Origin: Macrostomum hystrix
Lineage: Eukaryota > Animalia > Platyhelminthes
Length of the DNA: 64,000 bases
Assembly: GCA_950097015.1 (NCBI GenBank)
Contig: CATNEN010000003.1
Coordinates: forward strand, 4,464,001-4,528,000
Direction of reading: 5' to 3'
In this document: piece after piece, positions 1 to 13,600 of the stretch
Layout of the letters: the number at the start of each line of letters is the position of its first letter
Position numbering within the stretch: position 1 is the first letter of the stretch
The notes under the pieces: generated by a model
What the model saw: the letters and a program-made list of their open reading frames with translations, nothing else
Databases searched by the model: none
Told to the model about the DNA's origin: nothing
Position numbers and translations under genes: made by a program

Positions 1-706
1 TAGGACATGTCTCCCAAGCGATGTTGATTCCTCGAGTGGCGAAAATATCTGTAAGTTTTCGCACAGCAGCACACTCCTTGGAAACACAGTTTGCATTTTG
101 CATTTTCGATAATAAGCGCCGTTTAATTCACATTCTGTGGTTAAGGCGCCCCGGACATTGCTGGAGGCCTCACCAATGTGCGCGCCCAGGCCTTGAAACA
201 TGCAATCGGCAATGAAGTTGTTCAATGTTTGGAAAAAGACGCGCGTTAACCGTCGATTACTAGGCAAAGAGTCGGGACTTCTGGTTCTCAGAAGCTATCT
301 CGGGCTATCGCCCGCCAGGCTGCTCTAAGCCCCGGCCATTTCTATCGTGCATCCGCAAGGAAGACACTATTCACTTGGGCAAGTGGTACCAAAATCGCTT
401 GGTATTCACAATTTAGAAGCAGTTAATCATTCGCTTTTCAGCCAATGAGTGCTTTAATACCAGGAGAACATTGTCAGCTCGGCAACTTTGGTCACGGAGA
501 GCGGCAAGCCCTGTCAGGATTGGTCAGTGAAGACCTGCTCAGACAGCACCAAGGGCATCAGCTGTCACGTGCCCAGCCAGCTGGTGATTGACGCTGGCCT
601 GACTGGCAATGCGTGCCGCAACCCTGGAGACTACCTGAGGGACAGGCCGTGGTGCTACACCACCACTGGTACCAGGTGGGAGTACTGCAGCATACCTGCG
701 TGTTAA
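1..706 (+). CDS. 3' end of a kringle-domain protein gene (exon ending at 50, last exon about 442-706); apparent frameshift near 455-487
   Basis: TESGKPCQDW...NACRNPG..DRPWCYTT..RWEYCSIPAC is a kringle signature. Donor gtaagt at 51, acceptor ttttcag at 441. The first kringle Cys (NECF) is in a different frame from the rest. Confidence 0.75.
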
Positions 707-1455
707 ACCGACTCAAAAAAAAACCTTTTGAAATTCTGAACTCAATGGTGTCGGCTTTAACTTTTTGCTCTGGTTTTTGTGAGTCTTAATCATTTTTTTT
801 CAACTGAACAGAATAAACAAAACAAATAAAGACACTTGAGTATTTATAGTTTGTCAATCTAACTGTACTATGGTCAGAATAAGGTGGGGTAGAAACTTGG
901 TTGGTTTCTGAAACGAAGCCAGCTAGATATTAATATTGGGTTTAGCTCGTATATCACTGAAACATTAACTAGAGCCTCTGCGTTCTTATTTGAACAAATT
1001 AGTCGCCACTAACTGAACGGGTGGCATAAAAGTGAATTTCACATTCTGTGTTTATTTGTTGATTTGCACAGAAGCAAAAATTACAAACATGATTTAGTAC
1101 TAGATGGTACTAAGAGAGAACAACAAAATTATTCTTGACAATAGAATACAAATACGATTAAGATTAATTAACAAGCACAGTTTTGTACTGAATTATGCTC
1201 ACTGGTCAGGCACCGAAAGTAGCATTTCGGAACAGCTTATTGACTGACGCTTTGATTTAAAAAATGCGGATTTTAAATCGATCACTTATTTTTAACCGTT
1301 TTCGATTCTTAAAATCGCACCTATTTGAGCTGTTTAAACTGATAATGCGTGCCCATATTTCGAGATGATCGGAATGAAATAATTTGTATAGTTTAAAAAG
1401 TCATTATTTCCAGTTATTTTATTAGCTCGGATGTTAAGATACCATAGGTCAGGCT

Positions 1456-4400
1456 TCAATCCTTGCCAGGCTTCTTCTGTGACACGGTGCCCGGCTTCTG
1501 CTGAGCATCCGGGTGGCTGGCCAGCTCGTGAGGACAGGTTGACACAGGGGACGAAAGCAGCAGCTGTTTGAGATCGTAGAATATCGCTGAGTCGTCCTTA
1601 GTTAAGAAGGTGACAGCCTTGCCAGCTTTGCCGGCTCGACCAGTTCGACCAATGCGATGAGTGTAGGTCTGGATGTCCTTGGCCATGTCATAGTTGATCA
1701 CCATCGACACGTCCTTGATGTCGATGCCTCGACTGGCAACGTCGGTGGCCACCAGGATGTCTTTCTGGCCGGATTTCAGGCTGCTCAGAGCGAGGTCGCG
1801 CTGATCCTGACCTTTGTCACCATGCAGTGAGACCTGAAAAATGGTTTACGCGAGGAATGAGTAAAAACATGTATACATTGTACGGTGAGAATGAGTACAC
1901 AAGTGTACAGCGAGAATGAGTACATACATGTACAGTGAGAATGACTACACACATGTACGGTGAGAATGAGTACACAAGTGTACAGCGAGAATGAGTACAC
2001 ATGTACAGTGAGAATGAGTACACACATGTACGGTGAGAATGAGTACACACATATGTACAGTAATAATGAGATCACCCTAGATAGGAAGAATATTATGACG
2101 AGAATCGAACACCCAACCTTTAAGTGTTGAGTGCGACTCTATAACACACAGGCTACAGCGCTCTTGTACGAGTATGAAGAAATGAGTACACAGAACGTCC
2201 AAAAATGAGTCCTACTCACACTGCTGTATCCGAGTCGCTCCAGGCCCTTAGTTAGCAGGTCGGCGCCCCTCTTGTGATTAACAAAGATGATAATCGGCGG
2301 ATCGATGCCTCGCTCAAGCATCTGCTGCAGTCGGACGCGTTTCTGATCTTCAGATGTCATCATAATGACGGTCTGTTCAACTCGCTCGGTCGGCTTACCG
2401 ACGGAGCCGATGTACACGATGGCGGGTCGGCGCAGGTAGGTGCGGGCTAGCCGTTCAACAGCCGGCGGCATCGTGGCTGTGAACATGACAGTCTGGCGGA
2501 ATTTTCTTTTAGTAGCAAAATTACTCATTAGAAAGTCTTCGGATTCTACTTCTTCCGTGTCTGGCTTCTGATTAGTTACTGGCAGGTGTTCAAGCACTTT
2601 CTGAACCTCCGGCTCGAAGCCCATGTTAATCATCTTGTCGGCTTCGTCCAGGATGACGTAGGTACACTGGCCCAAGACTAGGTAGCGATTCTCTAGCACG
2701 TCCAAGAGGCGACCAGGTGTAGCCACGACTATTTCACAGCCTTGGCGCAGTTTAAAGCCCTGTAAATGGGTTGATTTAAAAGGAAGTTACTTACATATAG
2801 GGAGATTGTGGTAAAAAAGGCTGGGTGATTGTGGGAGAAAAGGCTAGGAGATTGTGGGAAAAAAGGCTTAGAGATTGTGGTAGAAAAGGCTTAGAGATTG
2901 TGGCAGAAAAGGCTGGGAGATTGTGGCAGAAAAGGCTGGGAGATTGTGGCAGAAAAGGCTGGGAGATTGTGGCAGAAAAGGCTGGGAGATTGTGGCAGAA
3001 AAGGCTGGGAGATTGTGGGAGAAAAGGCTGGGAGATTGTGGGAGAAAAGGCTGGGAGATTGTGGGAGAAAAGGCTAGGAGATTGTGGGAGAAAAGGCTTA
3101 GAGATTGTGGCAGAAAAGGCTGGGAGATTGTGGCAGAAAAGGCTGGGAGATTGTGGCAGAAAAGGCTGGGAGATTGTGGCAGAAAAGGCTGGGAGATTGT
3201 GGCAGAAAAGGCTGGGAGATTGTGGCAGAAAAGGCTGGGAGATTGTGGCAGAAAAGGCTGGGAGATTGTGGGAGAAAAGGCTGGGAGATTGTGGGAGAAA
3301 AGGCTAGGAGATTGTGGGAGAAAAGGCTGGGAGATTGTGGCAGAAAAGGCTGGGAGATTGTGGCAGAAAAGGCTGGGAGATTGTGGGAGAAAAGGCTGGG
3401 AGATTGTGGGAGAAAAGGCTAGGAGATTGTGGGAAATAAGACTGGGATATTGTGGGGAAAAACACTGGGAGATTTTGGGAGAAAAGTCTAGTAATATGGG
3501 GTATTATGGAATATTTTAAGAGAAAATGGGCGATTGTGGTAGTGGGAGGAAAGTGTGATAACATGGATCTTTCGTAAGGAAAATAGGAGATTGATGGAGA
3601 AAAGTGGGACATGATGGAATATTTTGAGAGAAGATGTGTTCCAACCTGTTCCTCGCGACTCAGGCCGCCAATAACGGACACAATCTTGATGCCCAATGGG
3701 CGGCCAAATTTGAAAGCCTCCTCCTCAATCTGCTGGGCCAGCTCTCTGGTCGGGGCCATGATCAGCGCGTAGGGACCCTGCTCTGCGTCTTCGGCCCGTT
3801 CCAGTTTGGGCAGGCTCATGATCCAGGTCAGCAGCGGGATGAGGAAGGCGGCGGTCTTGCCGGAGCCGGTCTCGGCCACGCCAATGATGTCGCGATTCTG
3901 CAGGCCGATGGGAATAGCCTGACGTTGAACAGGGCTAGGATCCTTGTAGCCCACCGCCTCGATGACTTCGATGAGTTCGCGCCGAAGGCCGGCCTCGGCC
4001 CAGTTTCGCAACGGCCTGGGAATGTTGCCGCCCTTTGTGGAGATGCTGAAATCTTCGCGGAAGATGCGCCAGTCTCGCTCCGTCATCTCGTCCAGCTTCT
4101 TGGCCGACCAGTGGCGATCGTCGAACTTTTGTCTGGCCTCGCGGTTCAAGATGTGATCCAGGCGCTTCTCCTCCTGAGCACGCTGAGCTTCGGTTCGGCG
4201 AGTCTCCAGCATGCTGGAATAGAATTTGCCAATCTCCTTGCGCTGGGTCTTCACGTCGATGCCGGCCAGGTGACCTCGGCCGAATAGTTGCACCTAGTTG
4301 GATGGGTGGACGCGGAATGGTCGAACTTGGCCATAGACTGTAGAAACTTATCAAAAAACGGATCAGGAATCTGATGAAGATGCGAACCGAAAACTTACAG

Positions 4401-5871
4401 AGCAAAGCAGGAAACAGACGAAGAATCGAAGCAGGAAACAGAAGAAGAATCGAAGCAGGAAACAGACAAAGAATCGAAGCAGGAAGCATACAAAAATCGA
4501 AGCAGGAAGCTTACAAAAAATCGAAGCAGGAAGCTTACAAAGAATCGAAGCAGGAAACAGACGAAGAATCGAAGCAGGAAACAGAGAAAGAATCGAAGCA
4601 GGAAACAGACAAAGAATCGAAGCAGGAAACAGACGAAGAATCGAAGCAGGAAGCTTACAGAAAATCGAAGCATGAAGCTTACAAAGAATCGAAGCAGGAA
4701 ACAGACAAAGAATCGAAGCAGGAAACAGACAAAGAATCGAAGCAGGAAACAGACAAAGAATCGAAGCAGGAAACAGACGAAGAATCGAAGCAGGAAAGAC
4801 AAAAAATCGAAGCAGAAATCTTGAGAATAAACCAAGCCGAAATCTAAATCTGAGTAAGAAGCGAAGTGCAAGAAAGTGAAGAGAAAAAAGTTAAATTTTA
4901 CAATCACGGACCTGGTGCTTATCCTTGTACAGGCTGTTATAATCCTGGCTGGTATCCTCTGTTGCGTCCCAGTCGAACACAAATTTTCTTTCGTTCTGAC
5001 GTCGCTGCTTCTTTCTAGCCTTCTTAGCGCCCAGGTAGCGCTCGCGAATGGCGTCCAACACCCGACTGTCGGCAGTTCCAGCTTCACCGTCACGATCCCG
5101 ATCCCGATCCCGATCCCGATCCCCATCACGGTCGCGATCCCGATCCCTGTCGCGGTCACGATCCCGATCTCGATCTCCTCGACGATCCCGATCTCGATCC
5201 CTGTCCCTGTCTCTGTCCCGATCACGATCGCGACGATCCGATCGCTGCTGCTGTTGCTGCTGCTGCTGGTCCGGGGTCATCAGCTGCTGCCGCTGAAGCT
5301 GCTGCTGGGCTCGCATCAGTTCAACCTGTTCAGCGCGACGTTTCAAAGCCTCGGCGGCGCGCTCCTCCTTAGTTAAAAACTTTGGTCGCGCTTGTTCAGC
5401 TTCTAAAGCTTTCTTTCTAGCCAGAACTTCTTCGAGACTTAGTGGCGCAGCTTTCTTAGCGGGCTGGCTAGCTGGTTTCTGATCATCTTCGTCCAGCTGG
5501 TTCACTGTTTTACTACTTGCAGTAGTAGCAGTAGCGCCTTCAGCTGTGGCAGCGTTGGAATCCTTTTTCCTACGCTTGGAATCTTTGTGCCGCTGGTCGT
5601 CCTTATCGGTGCCGTTGTTGGCGTCTCGATCCCGACTGCGGCTGCGTTGTTTGCGCTTCTTTTCTCGCTTCTCTTTTTTCTCTTTCTTCTCCTTCTTCTC
5701 TTTCCTGTCTTTGTGATGCCGACGAGACGATGAAGTCTCAGACAATTCCACCGGCTTGGAGACAGCCTCTTCCGTTGGCTTAGCCTCCGGCTCAACCACA
5801 GCAGCCGCCGGAGCGACAGGAGCAGCTTCGGCGACCGCTTCTACGTCCATTGAATCGCCATCGCTGGTCAT
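1456..5871 (-). CDS. DDX23: DEAD-box RNA helicase DDX23/Prp28; exons 5871-4912, 4293-3646, 2759-2220, 1833-1456 (about 841 aa)
   Basis: [54 protein letters not shown] and [10 protein letters not shown] motifs; RD-repeat N-terminus; all three introns are GT-AG and phase-consistent. Confidence 0.97.
1850..2060. repeat. about 23-25 bp minisatellite (gagaatgagtacacatgtacagt) in DDX23 intron 3
   Basis: Direct tandem copies. Confidence 0.85.
2100..2163 (-). mobile_element. tRNA-derived SINE head fragment (family A)
   Basis: Reverse complement tgtagcctgtgtgttatagagtcgcactcaacacttaaaggttgggtgttcgattct resembles the head at 25915-25980. Confidence 0.55.
2800..3435. repeat. 23-bp minisatellite (gggagattgtggcagaaaaggct) in DDX23 intron 2
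   Basis: Near-perfect tandem copies that decay toward 3630. Confidence 0.95.
4400..4815. repeat. 24-bp minisatellite (aagaatcgaagcaggaaacagaca) in DDX23 intron 1
   Basis: Tandem copies. Confidence 0.95.
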
Positions 5872-5880
5872 AATTTAAAA

Positions 5881-5900
5881 CTGAAACAAAAAGAAATATT
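5881..5900 (-). promoter_or_regulatory. Putative trans-splice acceptor of DDX23
   Basis: tttctttttgtttcAG|ttttaaattATG; no upstream exon evident. Confidence 0.6.
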
Positions 5901-6749
5901 ATTTCTTTCTTTTTCTACTTTGAGTAGGCTGATAGAGACATAATTTTAAAGTAGACCAAGTTTGATTCTGAAAAACGAACAATGTTACTAATCCTACTAT
6001 AAGTAGTCTAATTGGGAAATCTAGAAATTTATTTGTAATAAAAAATATTAAATTAAAAAAATTGTGAAACGTTTTAATTATATTTCATGATATTAATATT
6101 TTGTTTTCTTTAACCAGAAGACACAAAGGTTATAACAAACAAACGCAGAAGTACACACAGATAGTTTATAAAAATGAAACTTCCTAAATTGAAAAAAGCA
6201 AATAAAAAGTGCCCGTCAACAAAACAATTGTGAACAAACGATTGCACAAATGTCAAATTTCTAGCTAACTGATTGATTGATTTTGCTCTGAAAGACAAAC
6301 AAAAAAACATTATAAAAATGGATAGATTTTTTTATTTGTTACTTCTGAAAAATATGACAACTTGACAAAAAGTCAATACGCACCTCACAATACTGTAAGT
6401 AGAGGTTCAAGAACTTGTGTTTCAGACTTTATTTGCGTAATACTGTAGCCATATGATATTTTCATCAAAATTACTTCAAATAAACTGACAAGACGGAAGA
6501 AGACTAGACAAATATATAACTCGGGAGAAACATACGTACAGTATAAAAAGCTTTGATGGGTAAAAGCTGAATTTTTAGGACTCATAACAGTCAAAAGCTG
6601 GAAAAATTGTAAACAAACAAGCTATTTTTTGGTGAACAAGGTACAGGTATTTTGAAGGATAACTAGTCGAATTTTACAGTGTAAAATGAACTATGGTTGT
6701 CAATGTACTTTACATGCAACGCTATTTTAAAAGTAGCAACTTTTCAGTA

Positions 6750-7205
6750 GACAAACTGTTGACAAAGTAGCGATATTTATTCGTGGACAAACTAGCGATA
6801 TTTGTCTGTGAAAAAGTAACGATATGTCTCCGTGGACAAAGTAACGATGTCTCCGTGGACAAAGTAACGATATGTCTCCGTGGACAAATTAGCGATATGT
6901 CTCCGTGGAAAAAGTAGCGATATTTATCAGTGGACAAAGTAGCGATATTTATCAGTGGACAAAGTAGCGATATTTATCAGTGGACAAAGTAGCGATATTT
7001 ATCAGTGGACAAAGTAGCGATATTTATCAGTGGACAAAGTAGCGATATTTATCAGTGGACAAAGTAGCGATATTTATCAGTGGACAAAGTAGCGATATTT
7101 ATCAGTGGACAAAGTAGCGATATTTATCAGTGGACAAAGTAGCGATATTTATCAGTGGACAAAGTAGCGATATTTATCAGTGGACAAAGTAGCGATATTT
7201 ATCAA
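6750..7205. repeat. 25-bp minisatellite (gtggacaaagtagcgatatttatca), intergenic
   Basis: Tandem copies, degenerate at the left end. Confidence 0.95.
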
Positions 7206-7287
7206 TTCAGAAACCAGTAAAGTGCTGTTGGCAAGCAACTGACTCCCTCGCAAGAACTAACAAAGGAAACAAAAATAACAATCTAGA

Positions 7288-10200
7288 TCACACAGGTTTA
7301 ACATCAACTAAAAATACCCGCCTTTTCAACGCATACGGGAGAGCCAATTTGTCAACCTTGGCAACAAAATTAACTGGTCCGAGAATTGTGTGCATTTTCA
7401 ACGCCGCGGCTAGCAGCAGGCTAGGAGGCTCAGCTAGCCATTGCATCAACAGTTGGCCAGCTTCCGTGACAACAGTCGGATAGGTGAGCAGTGAGTTGTC
7501 TGTGGACGGCGGCGCAATGGCCTGCCTGACAGCCCGCAGCCAGGCGGGTCCAGCTGGCAGTTTGAACATGATCAAGAAGATCAGGTAGAGAATTCGAAGC
7601 CTAGCGACGGCTTTGTCATCCGAGTGCAGCTCGTCCGACAGACGTCCAGAACTTCCAGAAGCTGACGATGGAGGCATCAGGAGCATTTCGGATGCGCGAT
7701 TACCACAGGCTGCTATGCTGATCAGATCGGTGAGGTTGATCCTGCAATTGGCAATCATAGGCGTGCGGTGAGTGAGTGAGTGAGTGAGTGAGTGAATGAG
7801 TGAGTACTGAGTGAGTGAGTGAGTTAGTGACTGAGTGAGTGAGTGAGTGAGTACTGAGTGAGTGAGTGAGTGGGTGAGTGAGTGGGTGATTGACTGAATG
7901 ACTTGTGAGTGAGTTAGTGACTGAGTGAGTGACTGAATGACTTAGTTAGTGAGTGACTGAGCGAGTGAGTGAGTGAGTTTACTATCAATCACACTCACCT
8001 ATCAGGTGAGAGGTAGGCAGCAAGCGAGAAGTCTTTAGGATGGTGCAGGCAGTTGTAGCCAAGCAGGGCTTCCATTGTGCCAAACGGGTCAGCCTTGGGG
8101 CCGCCAATGTCGGCGCGCAGAAAAGCGACGGCGGTCGATACAATGGACGGCATGACCGGCAGAGGATCCGCGCCGTTGCTAAGCAACAATCTGACACAAT
8201 CGGCGTGCGATTTATCGGCCAGAATGCTTAGCGGACTCTGGCGAGAGCTGTTTAAAATGTTGATGGCCTGCGGGCACTTGGTTACTAGGGCTCGGATCTG
8301 CAATATTGAATTCAGAAGGATGAGGTTCCTATGAGCTTGGTCATGCTTAAGATTAAGCTGCGTATGAGCTTGGTCATGCTAAAGACTAATCTGCGTATGA
8401 GCTTGGTCATGCTGAAGACTAATCTGCGTGTGAGCTTGGTCATGCTAAAGACTAATCTGTGTATGAGCTTGGTCATGCTAAAGACTAATCTGCGTATGAG
8501 CTTGGTCATGCTAAAGAATAATCTGCGTATGAGCTTGGTCTAATCTGCGTATGAGCTTGGTCATGCTAAAGACTAATCTGCGTATGAGCTTGGTCATGCT
8601 AAAGACTAATCTGCGGATGAGCTTGGTCATGCTAAAGACTAATCTGCGTATGAGCTTGGTCATGCTAAAGACTAATCTGCGTATGAGCTTGGTCATGCTA
8701 AAGACTAATCTGCGTATGAGCTTGGTCATGCTAAAGACTAATCTTGCGTATGAGCTTGGTCATGCTAAAGACTAATCTGCGTATGAGCTTGGTCATGCTA
8801 AAGACTAATCTGCGTATGAGCTTGGTCATGCTAAAGACTAATCTGCGTATGAGCTTGGTCATGCTAAAGACTAATCTGCGTATGAGCTTGGTCATGCTAA
8901 AGACTAATCTGCGTATGAGCTTGGTCATGCTAAAGAATAATCTGCGTATGAGCTTGGTCATGCTAAAGACTAATCTGCGTATGAGCTTGGTCTAATCTGC
9001 GTATGAGCTTGGTCATGCTAAAGACTAATCTGCGTATGAGCTTGGTCATGCTAAAGACTAATCTGCGGATGAGCTTGGTCATGCTAAAGACTAATCTGCG
9101 TATGAGCTTGGTCATGCTAAAGACTAATCTGCGTATGAGCTTGGTCATGCTAAAGACTAATCTGCGTATGAGCTTGGTCATGCTAAAGACTAATCTTGCG
9201 TATGAGCTTGGTCATGCTAAAGACTAATCTGCGTATGAGCTTGGTCATGCTAAAGACTAATCTGCGTATGAGCTTGGTCATGCTAAAGACTAATCTGCGT
9301 ATGAGCTTGGTCATGCTAAAGACTAATCTGCGTATGAGCTTGGTCATGCTAAAGACTAATCTGCGTATGAGCTTGGTCATGCTAAAGAATAATCTGCGTA
9401 TGAGCTTGGTCATGCTAAAGACTAATCTGCGTATGAGCTTGGTCTAATCTGCGTATGAGCTTGGTCATGCTAAAGACTAATCTGCGTATGAGCTCGGTCA
9501 TGCTAAAGACTAATCTGCGTATGAGCTTGGTCATGCTAAAGACTAATCTGCGTATGAGCTTGGTCATGCTAAAGACTAATCTTGCGTTTGAGCTTGGTCT
9601 AATCTGCGTATGAGCTTGGTCATGCTAAAGACTAATCTGCGTATGAGCTTGGTTATGCTAAAGACTAATCTGCGTATGAGCTTGGTCATGCTAATGACTA
9701 ATCTGCGTATGAGCTTGGTCATGCTAAAGACTAATCTGCGTATGAGCTTGGTCATACTGAAGACCCAACCGTGTGTTGATCCTTATCACACTAAAATATT
9801 CACTAATGCTAATGACTGGAGAAAATTAATTCTGACGTCACTCACAGCTTCGCAATGACCCTCAGTGGAGGCATATAACAGTGGCGTATTCCCATTGGCA
9901 TCTGTTGCCATGCTGTCGGCGCCGTGCAGCAGCAGGAAGTCCACGCCAATCGCGTACAGCGCGGCGCAGTGCAACGGCGAGCCATCGGCGCACGGATGAC
10001 CCAACACCGGATCATCTTCCGGGCCGAGAAAGTCCAGATGGAAAGCCTCCTGTTGAGGCTTGGCGTTGACGGAATAGCCGCGCCCAACCAGGGCACGCAT
10101 GGCTTCCATAGCAACGCTGCCTTGGCAACTGTAGAGTCGCCTAGCGGCACTGAGTACACAGTCCTGGCCGATGCTGATTCGGCCAGAGTTCAGCAGGGCA

Positions 10201-10568
10201 AACAGCCTCTCTCCAGTCAGTGCAGGCGAGCTCTGCAGCAGATCCCGAAACAGAGCAGACTGAGCAGCCGGCGACACCAGGCAGAACAAGTTAGGCGCTT
10301 CTGAAGGCGCGAATGCGGCCAGGTGATAGCGAATATGGCGACAGAGCCTGTAGCCAAGGTTTCTCTGCGAATTGAATTTCTCCGGCCGATGCTCGCCGGC
10401 TTCGGCTACCAGAGCTTCGACAGCCGGCAGGTTTCCGTGTACAAAGGCCAGCTCTAGGAGGCGATCAAACGATGCCGGAGTTTCGTAGGCGATGGTGCGC
10501 AAAAGTTCTCGCAGCAGCTGGGGACTGCGCGACTTTAGTATGTACTCCTGCTGGCGAGCGTCCGACAT
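7288..10568 (-). CDS. Ankyrin-repeat and SOCS-box (ASB-like) protein; exons 10568-9846, 8297-7999, 7741-7288 (about 491 aa)
   Basis: Ankyrin repeats GSPLHCAA..LLLHGAD, GNTPLLYASTEGHCEA|IRALV and QSPLSIL..CVRLLLSNGAD; C-terminal PPSLLLAAALKMH..VDKLALPYALKRRV is SOCS-box-like; splice phases are consistent. Confidence 0.8.
7768..7978. repeat. (GAGT)n microsatellite in ASB-like intron 2
   Basis: Tandem tetramer. Confidence 0.95.
8331..9760. repeat. 33-bp minisatellite (atgagcttggtcatgctaaagactaatctgcgt) in ASB-like intron 1, with a 452-bp higher-order duplication
   Basis: Tandem copies; near-identical variant patterns at 8511-8961 and 8963-9413. Confidence 0.97.
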
Positions 10569-10679
10569 TACTCAACTACGATTGGCTGCTATTTTTAGAA
10601 TTCAGTTGGGCGAAGGGGCGCAAGTTAAAGCTGAAATTTTTATGACTCCTTTATTGTCGATATCGGCAGGCAACATGGG

Positions 10680-13600
10680 GATAATTGATTCTGATAGGGA
10701 AGGGATAATTGGTTCTGATAGGAAGGGGATAATTGGCTGTGATAGGGAAGGGATAATTGATTCTGATAGGAAGGGATAATTGATTCTGATAGGAAGGGAT
10801 AATTGATTCTGATAGGAAGGGATAATTGATTCTGATAGAAAGGGATAATTGACTGTGACAGGGAAGGGATAATTGACTGATAGGGAGGGGATAACTGACT
10901 ATGATAGGGAAGGGATAACTGACTGTGATAGGGAAGGGATAACTGACTGTGATAGGGAAGGGATAACTGACTATGATAGGGAAGGGATAACTGACTGTGA
11001 TAGGGAAGGGATAACTGACTGTGATAGGGAAGGGATAACTGACTGTGATAGGGAAGGGATAACTGACTGTGATAGGGAAGGGATAACTGACTGTGATAGG
11101 GAATGGATAACTGACTGTGATAGGGAAGGGATAACTGACTGTGATAGGGAAGGGATAACTGACTGTGATAGGGAGGGGATAACTGACTGTGATAGGGAAG
11201 GATAACTGACTGTGATAGGGAAGGGATAACTGACTGTGATAGGGAAGGGATAACTGACTGTGATAGGGAAGGGATAACTGACTGTGATAGGGAGGGGATA
11301 ACTGACTGTGATAGGGAAGGATAACTGACTGTGATAGGGAAGGGATAACTGACTGTGATAGGGAAGGGATAACTGACTGTGATAGGGAAGGGATAACTGA
11401 CTGTGATAGGGAAGGATAACTGACTGTGATAGGGAAGGGATAACTGACTGTGATAGGGAAGGGATAACTGACTGTGATAGGGAAGGGATAACTGACTGTG
11501 ATAGGGAAGGGATAACTGACTGTGATAGGGAAGGGATAACTGACTGTGATAGGGAAGGGATAACTGACTGTGATAGGGAATGGATAACTGACTGTGATAG
11601 GGAAGGGATAACTGACTGTGATAGGGAAGGGATAACTGACTGTGATAGGGAGGGGATAACTGACTGTGATAGGGAAGGATAACTGACTGTGATAGGGAAG
11701 GGATAACTGACTGTGATAGGGAAGGGATAACTGACTGTGATAGGGAAGGGATAACTGACTGTGATAGGGAGGGGATAACTGACTGTGATAGGGAAGGATA
11801 ACTGACTGTGATAGGGAAGGGATAACTGACTGTGATAGGGAAGGGATAACTGACTGTGATAGGGAAGGGATAACTGACTGTGATAGGGAAGGATAACTGA
11901 CTGTGATAGGGAAGGATAACTGACTGTGATAGGGAAGGGATAACTGACTGTGATAGGGAAGGGATAACTGACTGTGATAGGGAAGGGATAACTGACTGTG
12001 ATAGGGAAGGATAACTGACTGTGATAGGGAAGGGATAACTGACTGTGATAGGGAAGGGATAACTGACTGTGATAGGGAAGGGATAACTGACTGTGATAGG
12101 GAAGGGATAACTGACTGTGATAGGGAATGGATAACTGACTGTGATAGGGAAGGGATAACTGACTGTGATAGGGAAGGGATAACTGACTGTGATAGGGAGG
12201 GGATAACTGACTGTGATAGGGAAGGATAACTGACTGTGATAGGGAAGGGATAACTGACTGTGATAGGGAAGGGATAACTGACTGTGATAGGGAAGGGATA
12301 ACTGACTGTGATAGGGAGGGGATAACTGACTGTGATAGGGAAGGATAACTGACTGTGATAGGGAAGGGATAACTGACTGTGATAGGGAAGGGATAACTGA
12401 CTGTGATAGGGAAGGGATAACTGACTGTGATAGGGAAGGGATAACTGACTGTGATAGGGAAGGGATAACTGACTGTGATAGGGAAGGATAACTGACTGTG
12501 ATAGGGAATGGATAACTGACTGTGATAGGGAATGGATAACTGACTGTGATAGGGAAGGGATAACTGACTGTGATAGGGAAGGGATAACTGACTGTGATAG
12601 GGAGGGGATAACTGACTGTGATAGGGAAGGATAACTGACTGTGATAGGGAAGGGATAACTGACTGTGATAGGGAAGGGATAACTGACTGTGATAGGGAAG
12701 GGATAACTGACTGTGATAGGGAGGGGATAACTGACTGTGATAGGGAAGGGATAACTGACTGTGATAGGGAAGGGATAACTGACTGTGATTGGGAGGGGAT
12801 AACTGACTGTGATAGGGAAGGATAACTGACTGTGATAGGGAAGGGATAACTGACTGTGATAGGGAAGGGATAACTGACTGTGATAGGGAAGGGATAACTG
12901 ACTGTGATAGGGAAGGATAACTGACTGTGATAGGGAAGGGATAACTGACTGTGATAGGGAAGGGATAACTGACTGTGATAGGGAAGGGATAACTGACTGT
13001 GATAGGGAGGGGATAACTGACTGTGATAGGGAAGGATAACTGACTGTGATAGGGAAGGGATAACTGACTGTGATAGGGAAGGGATAACTGACTGTGATAG
13101 GGAAGGGATAACTGACTGTGATAGGGAAGGATAACTGACTGTGATAGGGAAGGGATAACTGACTGTGATAGGGAAGGGATAACTGACTGTGATAGGGAAG
13201 GGATAACTGACTGTGATAGGGAAGGGATAACTGACTGTGATAGGGAAGGGATAACTGACTGTGATAGGGAAGGGATAACTGACTGTGATAGGGAATGGAT
13301 AACTGACTGTGATAGGGAAGGGATAACTGACTGTGATAGGGAAGGGATAACTGACTGTGATAGGGAGGGGATAACTGACTGTGATAGGGAAGGATAACTG
13401 ACTGTGATAGGGAAGGGATAACTGACTGTGATAGGGAAGGGATAACTGACTGTGATAGGGAAGGGATAACTGACTGTGATAGGGAGGGGATAACTGACTG
13501 TGATAGGGAAGGATAACTGACTGTGATAGGGAAGGGATAACTGACTGTGATAGGGAAGGGATAACTGACTGTGATAGGGAAGGGATAACTGACTGTGATA

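Noticed and set aside
2825-3519. Repetitive ORFs (also at 4374-4847, 8312-9858, 17822-18848, 31531-32497)
   Set aside because: All are intronic minisatellite translations.
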